Below, piece after piece: positions 38,227-47,378 of a DNA stretch of 62,223 nt (the stretch's first letter is position 1; every line of letters begins with the position of its first letter). Made by a program: the position numbers and the translations under genes. The DNA is taken from the NCBI GenBank assembly GCA_029259155.1, contig JAPDJI010000015.1:1-62223 (forward strand), read 5' to 3'. Source of the stretch: Candidatus Methanomethylicia archaeon. Lineage in GTDB: Archaea; Thermoproteota; Methanomethylicia; Nezhaarchaeales; B40-G2. The notes beneath the pieces were generated by a model. It was not told the origin of the DNA. It saw only the letters and a program-made list of their open reading frames with translations, and made no database searches.

Positions 38227-39015
38227 TTGAAAGCTATAGACTCCCATGCTCACTTGGAGGAGCTGAAAGACTTAGAGAGCTGTTTAAGGAGAGCCGCTTC
38301 GCGTGGAGTCATAGCCGTAGTGACGGCTGGCTCTGATGCTTCATCGAGCCGCTTCGCCCTTGAAGCGAGGTCTAGGTTTAAGGAGCTAGGTATCCAGGTT
38401 TTCGGCGCTATAGGCCTCCATCCATGGAGCCTCAGAGAGCTTGGGAGAGATGGTATTGAAGAGGCCTTAGACTTCATCGAGGCAAGGGCTGGGGAGGCCG
38501 TTGCTATAGGAGAGGTAGGGCTTGATTACTGGCTTCCCGAAGCTAGGAGGGATGGTGAGGGCAGAAGGCTTCAACGCGAAGTATTCGCTAGGCAGTTAAG
38601 GATAGCTAGGAAGGCTGAAAAGCCCGTAGTGGTTCATAGTCGAGGAGCTTGGAAGGATTGCTTAGAGATGGTTAAGGAGGCTGAGGTGGAAGCCCTCTTT
38701 CACTGGTTTAGCGGCCCCTTAGAGGTGTTGAAGGAACTGTTAGCCTGTGGCTACTGCGTCTCAGCCACCTTAGCCCTAGACTACAGCGAGGAGCATAGGA
38801 GGGTCATTCTCAATACACCGCTCTCAAGAATACTATCGGAGACCGATAGTCCTGTCAGGTATAAGGGTAGGTTCAATAGGGAGGCAGAGCCTGCTGACGT
38901 GGTGGATGTAGTTGCAATGATCGCTTCGCTGAAGGAAGTCGGCCTAGAGGAAGCTGCGAAGCACTGCTTAGATAACGCTATTAGGTTCTATAGCCTTCCA
39001 TCCGAGTTAGGCTAA
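38227..39015 (+). CDS. tatD: TatD-family hydrolase
   Basis: DSHAHL, GLHPW, IGEVGLDY, VHSR, HWFSG, ETDSP; start reassigned to TTG 38227. Confidence 0.93.
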   Translation: MKAIDSHAHLEELKDLESCLRRAASRGVIAVVTAGSDASSSRFALEARSRFKELGIQVFGAIGLHPWSLRELGRDGIEEALDFIEARAGEAVAIGEVGLDYWLPEARRDGEGRRLQREVFARQLRIARKAEKPVVVHSRGAWKDCLEMVKEAEVEALFHWFSGPLEVLKELLACGYCVSATLALDYSEEHRRVILNTPLSRILSETDSPVRYKGRFNREAEPADVVDVVAMIASLKEVGLEEAAKHCLDNAIRFYSLPSELG

Positions 39016-39446
39016 GCCTTAAGCCCTTTTCTCCACAGCCTAACCGCTTCGTACCACATTAGAGCTGCTGCTACAGCCGTAACGGAGAAGGCGAAGTAGA
39101 AGTGGAAGAGGGAGTGTAAATTAGACGTTGAGGTCAAGTAGAAGTAGCCTATCAGCGAGAAAGTGAAGAATAAAGCATAGAACAGTAGTCGAGGCACTAA
39201 CAAAGTGCCCACGCGGTCGAAAAGAGCTAGTATGCCAGCCTCCTCTTTAGCTACCGCTTCATACCCATCCCCTGCCTTAGCCACGTAGCCCATCTCGACG
39301 AGCTTGTTCAAGTGGTATAGCGCAGTAGAAGGGCTTCGGAAACCTAGCGACCTTTGAACCTCCCTAACACCTAGAGGCCTTCCAGCCCTCAACAGGGCTA
39401 TGTAAACCTTAAGCGTAGTTCCTGAAAGAGCTTGATGGCGCGTCAA
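39012..39446 (-). CDS. Winged-helix DNA-binding domain fused to two TM helices
   Basis: GTTLKVY..GVREVQRSLGFRSPSTALYHLNKL followed by two hydrophobic helices. Confidence 0.82.
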   Translation of the reverse strand: MTRHQALSGTTLKVYIALLRAGRPLGVREVQRSLGFRSPSTALYHLNKLVEMGYVAKAGDGYEAVAKEEAGILALFDRVGTLLVPRLLFYALFFTFSLIGYFYLTSTSNLHSLFHFYFAFSVTAVAAALMWYEAVRLWRKGLKA

Positions 39447-39480
39447 TCAGAGGAACCCCGCTGATACCTTAATTCAAGAG

Positions 39481-39966
39481 CTAGACTCTGCTTTTAACGG
39501 TGAAGGCTACTAAGCCAGCTAACCCAGCTGACCCAGCTAACAAAACTAAGGCCTGAGCAGCCATCAACATCCCCGTGAAGGAAGGGGTGGGCTCGTGAGC
39601 CCGATATAGCGCTGAGTCCTCGCCCTCAGAGGTGATAGAAAACTTTTCAACCCCCAGCTTTGCGAGGTCAACTACGGTTACTTCACCTTCAACAACCGTC
39701 ACATGGCTAGAGTAGTAGAGGCCTATAGGCGATAAGACCGTTACTTCATAGCAGCCGGGAGGAAGCTTAAAAGATACTGAAGACACCCCCGCATAGAGGG
39801 TAGCCTTAGACATCGGTGCCCCTGAAGCATTTACCACTTCTACGTCTAAGCTCATCCAGTAACCTGGCTCAACCTCCACGCGCAGCTCAGCGGCTTCAAC
39901 AGAGATTAAGCACGCACAGAGGGATAGCAGTATGATCAGCAATACTTGAAGAGCGCATCGCCTCAT
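39481..39966 (-). CDS. Secreted, C-terminally anchored protein with a carboxypeptidase-regulatory-like beta-sandwich
   Basis: Signal peptide, VVNASGAPM..LPPGCYEVTV, C-terminal TM segment. Confidence 0.62.
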   Translation of the reverse strand: MRRCALQVLLIILLSLCACLISVEAAELRVEVEPGYWMSLDVEVVNASGAPMSKATLYAGVSSVSFKLPPGCYEVTVLSPIGLYYSSHVTVVEGEVTVVDLAKLGVEKFSITSEGEDSALYRAHEPTPSFTGMLMAAQALVLLAGSAGLAGLVAFTVKSRV

Positions 39967-40045
39967 TGCATGGAGAGGTGTGCAGTGAGGGTTAATACGT
40001 GTTGAGGTGTGCGAAGCGTTAGAACACTTCAGGGCTTCTTAGCTT

Positions 40046-42157
40046 TCATTCCTCCTTTACTTTATATACCCTGCAGAGGAGTGAGTTAAGGATGGAAGCG
40101 CCTACGCATGGATCGAACGGAGGGTCGCTGCTTGTAAGCACGTTTACGTTAGACTTAAAGCATCCATGCTCAGGGCCAGGTTCTTCAGGAAACCACCATC
40201 CATGCTGAGCGCTAACCACCTTAGGATGTATGCCTCTAGTGAGTTTAGCCCTCTGCTTAATCCTACCTCTGGGTGCCTCAATCCAAACCCAGTCCCCGTC
40301 CTTTATGTCTAAGGCAGCCGCAGTTTCAGGATGTATTTCTACCTGAGGGTCGGGTTGAAGCTCTCTTAGGGATGAGAGCTGTCGGTACTCTGAGTGGAAG
40401 AAGTAGGGGCTTCTTGCCCCTGTGGTTAAGATCAATGGGTACTTCTCCGCTAAGTCGGGGCGGCTATAAGGCGTTTCAGGAGGCTCCACGTAGCTAGGCA
40501 AGGGGTCAAAACCCCAAGATTCAAGAATGGACGAGTAGAGCTCGACTTTGCCTGAAGGTGTCTTAAAGCCCTCCTCCTCATACTTCCTATAGCGAAGAGG
40601 AGCTTGCAGAAAGCCTACTTCAGCGAACTCCTTCCACTTCATCCCTGAAGGCGCCAACACGTAGTCAAGGTATTCCTCCACGCTGTCCCAGAAAGCTTGA
40701 CGTAGACCTAAGCGTTTAGCGAGCTCAATAATTATCTTATGGTCCGACCAGCACTCCTCCACTTCTATAGCCTTTCTCCTAGCCATGACGTAGCCAGCCC
40801 TATAGAAGTAGAAAGCTACATCGTCGATCTCCAGCCAGGAAGCCGCCGGCAATACGTAGTCAGCCAGCTCAGCCGTCGGAGTCATGAAAAGGTCGACGAC
40901 CACGAGGAAGTCTAGCTTAAGCAAGGCCTCCTTAACTAGCTTGGAGTTAGGCCAGGTCAATAAGGGATTGCTCCCGAACACCACCATAGCCTTAACCGGG
41001 TACGGCTCACCCGTGAGGATGGCCTTAACCACATGCATAGGTGGAACCACTGAGCCCATTGAAGCCAACCTATGCATGCCACCAAGCCTTTTACGGCGTT
41101 GCTCCTCGGGTAGAGCATGTACTAACATGAACTCGGTGAAACGAGCTACCGGAGGAGGAGAATGCAGTACGTTTCCTCCCGGCACGTCTAGATTGCCGGT
41201 GATCGCCATTAAGGCTACCAGCGCCCTAATCGTACTCGTGCAGTTGAGGTTTTGCTCTATCTTAACTCCCCAGTGGATACAGGCTGGCTTTGTAGATGCA
41301 TAGAGCCTAGCAGCTTCCTTTACTTTATCGGCAGGTACCCATGTAACCTCCTCTACCTTAGCGGGCGTATATGGCTTGACGCGGTCTACAAGCTTATCGA
41401 AGCCCACCGTCCACTTCTCCACGAAGTCACGGTCGTATAGCTCCTCCTCGATGAGGACGTTGAGCATACCTAGAGCTAAAGCTGCGTCGGTGCCTGGCCT
41501 AAGCTGAAGCCAAAGATCCGCCTTGGACGCAAGCCAAGTCTCTCGTGGATCTACCACTATTAACCGCGGCTCATTCTCTAAGGCTCTAAGGATTTGAGAC
41601 GCACAGTACTCGTCTGGGCTCGTATGTATAGGGTTGCATCCCCAAACCATTATGCAGCGAGGGTTTCCTTCGTAATCCGCTATGGGTAAGCCTCCACACG
41701 TAATTATCGATGCTGCTACGCGTGGGTAGTAGCATACGTAGCCTGGAGAGGTTATATTGGGGGAGCCGAAGGCGTGAGCTAGCCTATAAACCATGTGGAG
41801 ATACTCGCGGTTGGTGCCATGAGCAAAGACCACCGCTTCCGCTCCATAACGTTCCTTAATCTCTAGGAGCCTATGGGCGATATCCTCGAGCGCCTCCTCC
41901 CATGACACTCGAAGCCACTTACCTTCACCCCTCCTCCCCACCCTCCTTAGGGGGTGTCTCAGCCTGCTTGGGTGATAAGCCAGCTGGAGGCTGGCTAGTC
42001 CTTTAGCGCACATGTAACCTCTACTTACAGGGTGGGAGGGGTCTCCTTCAACCTTCACCGCTTTACCATCCTTTACATGTATGAGAGCGCCGCAACCTCC
42101 ATGGCACATCCTGCATATCGACTTTATGGTGTAGGGGGTGCTCAAGATGTCATCCAC
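40046..42157 (-). CDS. Mo/W-bisPGD oxidoreductase (acetylene hydratase-like clade), cytoplasmic
   Basis: CRMCHGGC...CAKG Fe-S motif, RPGTD, TGNLDVPGG, FHSEYR, HGWWFPE; no Tat signal. Confidence 0.9.
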   Translation of the reverse strand: MDDILSTPYTIKSICRMCHGGCGALIHVKDGKAVKVEGDPSHPVSRGYMCAKGLASLQLAYHPSRLRHPLRRVGRRGEGKWLRVSWEEALEDIAHRLLEIKERYGAEAVVFAHGTNREYLHMVYRLAHAFGSPNITSPGYVCYYPRVAASIITCGGLPIADYEGNPRCIMVWGCNPIHTSPDEYCASQILRALENEPRLIVVDPRETWLASKADLWLQLRPGTDAALALGMLNVLIEEELYDRDFVEKWTVGFDKLVDRVKPYTPAKVEEVTWVPADKVKEAARLYASTKPACIHWGVKIEQNLNCTSTIRALVALMAITGNLDVPGGNVLHSPPPVARFTEFMLVHALPEEQRRKRLGGMHRLASMGSVVPPMHVVKAILTGEPYPVKAMVVFGSNPLLTWPNSKLVKEALLKLDFLVVVDLFMTPTAELADYVLPAASWLEIDDVAFYFYRAGYVMARRKAIEVEECWSDHKIIIELAKRLGLRQAFWDSVEEYLDYVLAPSGMKWKEFAEVGFLQAPLRYRKYEEEGFKTPSGKVELYSSILESWGFDPLPSYVEPPETPYSRPDLAEKYPLILTTGARSPYFFHSEYRQLSSLRELQPDPQVEIHPETAAALDIKDGDWVWIEAPRGRIKQRAKLTRGIHPKVVSAQHGWWFPEEPGPEHGCFKSNVNVLTSSDPPFDPCVGASILNSLLCRVYKVKEE

Positions 42158-42935
42158 CCGACGTTAAGTCTCTCGCTACCTCCTCCGCGGCTTTCTTACC
42201 TGAAAGCAGCATGCCTCCGAATATTGGACCCATCCTCGGGAGGCCGTAGAGAGCAGCAACTGACATTCCAGCTGCGTAGAGGCCTGGACATACCTTGCCG
42301 CTGCGTTCCACGATTAACTGTTCACCTACCTCAGCCCACATGGAGCCCTCCCCCTTCAAGGAGAGGCTAAGGCCAAGTATCTTCCTAGAGGCCACTGAGA
42401 GTACAGAGGCTTCATGTCCTGTACAGTCCACGGTGGCTCTAGCCTTGAAAGATAGTGGATCTACGTGTAGGCCGGATAGTATTACTGAAGACCACTGCGC
42501 CACCACTCCTTCAATCCTTAGAGGGTTGTCCCTAAACACCACATCCTCCACTGAGACACCTAGTAATACGTGAGCGCCTGCGTCCAGCGCACCTACCGCA
42601 AGTTTAGCTAGGGCTTCAGCTGCATCCGCCACATAAAGTCCTCCCTCAACCTTTAGTGGCCTACAGCCAACCTCGCTAAGTAGGCTCCAAGCCTCCTCCT
42701 CGACCACTATCCTGGGAAGCTGCATTCCTCCTCCACCCATTCCTCCTCCAAAGGAAAGCCTGCGCTCGAAGACCGCGGTCCTAAAACCTCGCTTCGCTAG
42801 CAACCTAGCAGCCGTTAAGCCTGCAGGGCCAGCTCCGACCACCGCTACGTCTACCTCAGCTAGGAAAGATAGGTGCTTTAAGGCCTCCTCAACTATCAGC
42901 CTCGTTATAACCGCTTCATCCACCCTACGCGACAT
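42150..42935 (-). CDS. thi4: Sulfide-dependent thiazole synthase (non-Cys Thi4)
   Basis: VGAGPAGL, GGGMGGGGM, GLHVDP, DCTGH, PRMGPIFGGMLLSG. Confidence 0.93.
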   Translation of the reverse strand: MSRRVDEAVITRLIVEEALKHLSFLAEVDVAVVGAGPAGLTAARLLAKRGFRTAVFERRLSFGGGMGGGGMQLPRIVVEEEAWSLLSEVGCRPLKVEGGLYVADAAEALAKLAVGALDAGAHVLLGVSVEDVVFRDNPLRIEGVVAQWSSVILSGLHVDPLSFKARATVDCTGHEASVLSVASRKILGLSLSLKGEGSMWAEVGEQLIVERSGKVCPGLYAAGMSVAALYGLPRMGPIFGGMLLSGKKAAEEVARDLTSGG

Positions 42936-43389
42936 ACAAGCACGCCACCTTATAGGTGAAGTAAGAGGAGCGGTACACGTTTATTAAGCCTCATTAAGTC
43001 TGCATCTGCCTCAAGGAAACCTTTATAGATTGCTTTACAGTGCGCTGGAGGTTATGGAGGGGCAATAAAGGATCCTCTATTTTTTGAGGGCAAAAATAGG
43101 TAGGGTTGTTTTAAGAGGCGTTAAGCCTCCTAAACACGAACACGCCCCTACCTTAGCGGAACAAGCGATGGTTGAGAACACCAGCAACGATGAAAACACC
43201 ATGGCTGCAAGGTAACAGGAGAACAGCGCTGATAGCGCTAAGGATGGCAGGGAAAAGGCTAATAGACATAGCGAGAGCCGCGGCAGAGCGAAGGTGAAGC
43301 TTCCTCCTCCATGCGTCCTAGTTTTGTGAGGTCTTATCTGTAATAAAAGCTTAACTTATTGAAGAAGGTAAATAGGAGAAGGGGCTACC

Positions 43390-44136
43390 TTGTTTTCACG
43401 CTACGCCTCATTGGTGAAAAACCTTAGAGGTGTAGTCCTAGTAGACCCTGACGAAGCTGAAGAGCGGGTTAAATGGCTTCAAGATAGGTTTAAGTACAGG
43501 AACCTAGGGGTCCCTCCCTCCACGCTAAAGAAAGCAGAGGGCTTCTTCAAGGGTAAAATGGAGGGGAAGCCCTTCGTAGAGCTTGTTTACCCCACCAAGG
43601 AAGTTGAAGGTTTAAAGGAACTTTGCACCGAGGAATTTGAAGTTGAGGAGGATGTAATCGAAGGTTTGATCTTAGCCTCAGCTTACGTGTCACCCATTTT
43701 AGCTATAGGGAAAAACGTGCAGGAACAGTTAATGAAGCTAGCCCTCGGCACCGTCACATCCAAAGTAGACCTAGACTTGAAGGGATGGAAGCTGCACCTA
43801 AGGATAGCAGACTATACGGTCTTAGACCTCTATAGATGGAGCACGGAGCACGCTGAAAACCTTTGGAGACCGGAGCTTAACGTGGCAGAATTCCTAGAGG
43901 AGAGGCGAAAGAAGATCTCGAGAGATAGATCGAGGTACTGGAGGCTCGCTAGAGGGACAAATAAAGAGTGGAGATTTCTATATTATATCGACCTGGCCAG
44001 CTCCCTTGCTGGAAAGGTGAGCCGAGAAGCCGAGCTGAAGAAAAGGTTGATGAGGCTTAACCCTCATGAAGCCTCATCAGGCTTGGCCATAGAGGCTGCG
44101 GTGGCTATCGCTCCACGAATGTCAACAGGCCTTTAA
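43390..44136 (+). CDS. Hypothetical protein
   Basis: 248-aa ORF with SD-like sequence upstream; motif-like LHLRIADY, RYWR, YIDL; family not recognised. Confidence 0.7.
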   Translation: MFSRYASLVKNLRGVVLVDPDEAEERVKWLQDRFKYRNLGVPPSTLKKAEGFFKGKMEGKPFVELVYPTKEVEGLKELCTEEFEVEEDVIEGLILASAYVSPILAIGKNVQEQLMKLALGTVTSKVDLDLKGWKLHLRIADYTVLDLYRWSTEHAENLWRPELNVAEFLEERRKKISRDRSRYWRLARGTNKEWRFLYYIDLASSLAGKVSREAELKKRLMRLNPHEASSGLAIEAAVAIAPRMSTGL

Positions 44137-44498
44137 ATTGATGAGGCCTTTGAGAGAGTGTCCCAGAAAGCCTCCATCAACCTAGAGGCTTTCTCCCTGT
44201 CTTTCGCTGACAGTATAGCTCCTGGAAGTTCCATGAACACTGTTACCTGTACCTTTTCAGCCAGCGAGGTCATGGAGACCTTCACCCTCTTCATGTACTT
44301 ATCGAAGTCCGTGGTCCATATGGTGCCTCCTTCAGCGGTTATGGTTGCTTGTTGAAGACCCTCGTCTAATCCAACTTGTCTTATCGTTAAGCCGCGCTCT
44401 CTCCAAAAGTTAGTGGCTTTCTCCACTACCTGATTAGATAACTTAACCGGGATGATGTTACCGTCGCTAACCGTGGCCCCAAACTTGATCTTACCCAT
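44133..44498 (-). CDS. Hypothetical protein
   Basis: 121-aa ORF with GGAGG SD, directly downstream of the TackOD1-like gene. Confidence 0.65.
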   Translation of the reverse strand: MGKIKFGATVSDGNIIPVKLSNQVVEKATNFWRERGLTIRQVGLDEGLQQATITAEGGTIWTTDFDKYMKRVKVSMTSLAEKVQVTVFMELPGAILSAKDREKASRLMEAFWDTLSKASSI

Positions 44499-44510
44499 GT
44501 CAAGCCTCCC

Positions 44511-45434
44511 TTACACCATAATCTTCCTAAGCCTATCTATAATTTCCGCTGGGCCCTCGCCCTCCAAGCCTATGATACTATGAGTTTCCACAAAAGATCT
44601 AGCCCTATCAGTGAACCTGGGGACCGCTATCATCACGGCCTTGGACGGCCTAGCGTCGATGATCTTTCCGTAGGAGAAAATAACGCTCTCAACATCGACC
44701 GCTGGCTGTGATCTCAATAAATCTAAGACTACTAACTCTCCGTTCCTTCTAGCTACAAGATTGAAGCTTAGAGTAAGCCCTGACGCCCCTATAATGTATC
44801 CAGGAGCTTCAACCTCAAACCCTGCCTCCTCTAGAGCCTGCTTTATAAAAGGCTCAGTGAAGATCTCTCTCACCTTATCCATGACCTCCCTATTGATCCT
44901 GAACGAGTATACTTCCTCGAACTTCGCATCAGTTATCGTGAAGCTTAGTTCACAGTCCCTACAGTAGAAGAACTCTCTTGGAGAATCGAAGTTAGACTTA
45001 CAGTCGAGACATTCGTATAAGGCTCCTATCACCCTCAAGTCAGAGCCTAACGTGACAGGTACCCCACATTTAGGACACTTCAATACTCCATCCTTCTCGA
45101 AAAGCGATCTCTTACCTATGACGCCGCATTTAATGTGTTCCATTAACTTCTCGGAGGATATGTTGAGAGGCCCGCATCGAGGACAACAAACGAGGCGTTC
45201 GTAAAGCTCTCTTATGAGTAGGTTGGCTGAACTCATTTCATTGAGCACGTGTTTTATCGTCACGTAGTCGTCTCCTAAGAGGTTCTCGACCATTACATAC
45301 CTGGGTCTTCGATCGGCATCGAAGACAGGGTTTATGACGTCGACGTGGCTACTTATCATTCCGCTTATGATCGTCCGTATCGCTGGGTCGTCGAGCAGGG
45401 AAGGTCTATCCGCTAAGGCCTCACCCTTCATCAA
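44511..45434 (-). CDS. TackOD1-like multi-Zn-ribbon protein with C-terminal restriction-endonuclease-like fold
   Basis: wHTH-like N-terminus, CPRCG, EHIKCG, CPKCG, CLDC, CRDC; C-terminal GASG..FNLVA..KIID. Confidence 0.72.
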   Translation of the reverse strand: MMKGEALADRPSLLDDPAIRTIISGMISSHVDVINPVFDADRRPRYVMVENLLGDDYVTIKHVLNEMSSANLLIRELYERLVCCPRCGPLNISSEKLMEHIKCGVIGKRSLFEKDGVLKCPKCGVPVTLGSDLRVIGALYECLDCKSNFDSPREFFYCRDCELSFTITDAKFEEVYSFRINREVMDKVREIFTEPFIKQALEEAGFEVEAPGYIIGASGLTLSFNLVARRNGELVVLDLLRSQPAVDVESVIFSYGKIIDARPSKAVMIAVPRFTDRARSFVETHSIIGLEGEGPAEIIDRLRKIMV

Positions 45435-45487
45435 GGAGCACCTGTCGAACAGTTAAAGAGTTGTACAAATAAATCTTGCTCGCCTAG

Positions 45488-45787
45488 CTAAAGCTTTCCC
45501 TTAAGGCTGTCCAGCTTCCTCTCCATGGTGTGTTCCACGTCTCTTCTATCGTCCACCTTAACGGTTGTCACCACCCTTACAGCACCTGCCTTAAAGAGAG
45601 CTTCATGTGCCTTAGCGACCAGCTTGAAAGCCTCCTCAATAGTGGATGCTTCAAATATTGTGCACATTGGAGTGAGCACTAGCTTGACTCCTGCTTCTTC
45701 AAGAACCTTCACGGCCTCAGCGACCAAGCTGCTTACGCTTGGCCCTAAACCTAGAGGAACCACACTAAGCTCGACTACGACCCCCAT
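45488..45787 (-). CDS. MTH1187/YkoF thiamine-binding protein family
   Basis: SVVPLG..SVS, TPMCT, AHEA, RVVTTVKVDDRRD. Confidence 0.9.
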   Translation of the reverse strand: MGVVVELSVVPLGLGPSVSSLVAEAVKVLEEAGVKLVLTPMCTIFEASTIEEAFKLVAKAHEALFKAGAVRVVTTVKVDDRRDVEHTMERKLDSLKGKL

Positions 45788-45836
45788 GAAACACGCCCTT
45801 AGAAAACAGAAGTAAAAGTAGGCTATAACGCTATGG

Positions 45837-46718
45837 TTATGCCTTGAGCTTCTCCAGGAGAGAGTCCACGGGGCTCTGGTTCAACATTAAGCCTAAGCTA
45901 TCCTCACTCTCCCCCATCGCGAGACCTAAGAGCTGGGTATAGTACACTACCGGTAAGTTAAGCTCAGCCCCAACCACTTGACTAGCCGACTGCTGCTTCT
46001 GCCCCAGCATTTTATGGCATAGTGGGCAAGCCACCACTAACCCATCGATACCCCTAGCCTGTAGCGCCTTAACCTTCATTCCAGCTACGGTGAGCCCAGC
46101 TTGAGGATTAGGTAATAGGAAACCTGCACCGCAGCAGTCAAGCTTCTCAGGGTAGTCTACTACTTCTGCCCCAAGCACCTCCACTAGCCTATCAAGCTTG
46201 ACAGGGTTCTCCGCGTCATCTATCCTCGGTATCCTACTAGGCCTAACCGCATGGCAACCTATGTGGGTGGCCAGCTTCAAGCCCTTCAAGGGCTTAGACA
46301 CCGCTGACTTAATCTTATCTAGGCCTAGGTCGTCGTGAAGCAGGTCTACTAGGTGCTTGACTTTAACCTTGCCTTCGTACTTAAGCCCCTCATTGCCCAA
46401 CAGCGCGTTAAGCTCATCCTTAAGCTGGGGGCTTAGCTCCATGTAGTGTTTAGCTTCGCAAAAGGATAGGTGACAGCCTGGACACAGCGTAAGCATGTCT
46501 AGACCTTGGCCATCAGCCAAAGCGAGGTTTCTAGCAGCTAGATACGCGAACGATTTCATGTTAACAGACATTAGTGGGGAGCCGCAGCAAGAGGTTCCTT
46601 CAAGGTAGGTGAGCTCCACCCCTAGCCTAGGCAAGGTGTTTATGGTAGATAGCTCGAAGGCGTACTCGTCGGTAGCGACGGTGCAGCCTAGGTAGAAGGA
46701 GAGATTGAGATTAGCCAT
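45837..46718 (-). CDS. hdrB: Heterodisulfide reductase subunit B-like
   Basis: FYLGC, CCG..CPGC, HIGCH, CCG..CPLC, PVVYYTQLLGLA. Confidence 0.92.
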   Translation of the reverse strand: MANLNLSFYLGCTVATDEYAFELSTINTLPRLGVELTYLEGTSCCGSPLMSVNMKSFAYLAARNLALADGQGLDMLTLCPGCHLSFCEAKHYMELSPQLKDELNALLGNEGLKYEGKVKVKHLVDLLHDDLGLDKIKSAVSKPLKGLKLATHIGCHAVRPSRIPRIDDAENPVKLDRLVEVLGAEVVDYPEKLDCCGAGFLLPNPQAGLTVAGMKVKALQARGIDGLVVACPLCHKMLGQKQQSASQVVGAELNLPVVYYTQLLGLAMGESEDSLGLMLNQSPVDSLLEKLKA

Positions 46719-47267
46719 CTAGAACATCCCCTCCATGGTTGCCATGAATATCTCCTTAAACTTTTCCTTATCTGAAGGTTGAGGTATCTCTTCGCGTAGG
46801 TTTAGGGTCTTACGTGTATAGGTCTCGAAGGTCCTAGATACTACTTCCTGCACAGGCTGCAGGTAACCTGTCTCCATTATCATCTCCAAGGCCTTAAAGA
46901 AGCCCTCAGGTACCTTAGCTCCAGCCTGCACCGCCATGTTACGTAGAGCTAGGAACACGTCGCTGGGAGCTACGTCCTGGGGACACCGTTCAGTACACTT
47001 TAAGCACTGCATACACGCCCATATCTTCTCGCCGTTGACTAATTCATCGATCAAGCCAAGCCTCGCAAGGTTAACCACTTGATGGGGGAAATTCTCCAGG
47101 AGCTCCATGGCTTCACAGCCCGTCGTGCAGCGAGCACACATGAAGCAGGCGTTAAGGTCGTGTGAACCTAAGACCTCCGCTAGCTTCTTCTTAGCTTCAG
47201 GCTCAGAGGTCTTATTGGTCATGAGGTCGAGGAGGGCGGCGGACGCCAAGCCCACGTCACCTCCCAC
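46719..47267 (-). CDS. hdrC: Heterodisulfide reductase subunit C-like
   Basis: CFMCARCTTGC and WACMQCLKCTERCP; the true start may be somewhat downstream. Confidence 0.9.
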   Translation of the reverse strand: MGGDVGLASAALLDLMTNKTSEPEAKKKLAEVLGSHDLNACFMCARCTTGCEAMELLENFPHQVVNLARLGLIDELVNGEKIWACMQCLKCTERCPQDVAPSDVFLALRNMAVQAGAKVPEGFFKALEMIMETGYLQPVQEVVSRTFETYTRKTLNLREEIPQPSDKEKFKEIFMATMEGMF

Positions 47268-47378
47268 ACCTAGCTGGCTAAAGGCTTAAAAAGCTATATG
47301 GATATCTCACGGCTACTCTTTCCTAAAAGCTTAAGAACAGAGACCGTCGAGTAGCCTGTCTTAAGGGGTTGTGTCTTA

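Noticed and set aside
42936-43100. TPP riboswitch upstream of thi4
   Set aside because: The conserved CTGAGA and pyrophosphate-helix motifs are absent.
43130-43330. Possible decayed membrane-protein (CcdA-like) fragment on the minus strand
   Set aside because: Hydrophobic but short, with an ambiguous frame; family cannot be supported.
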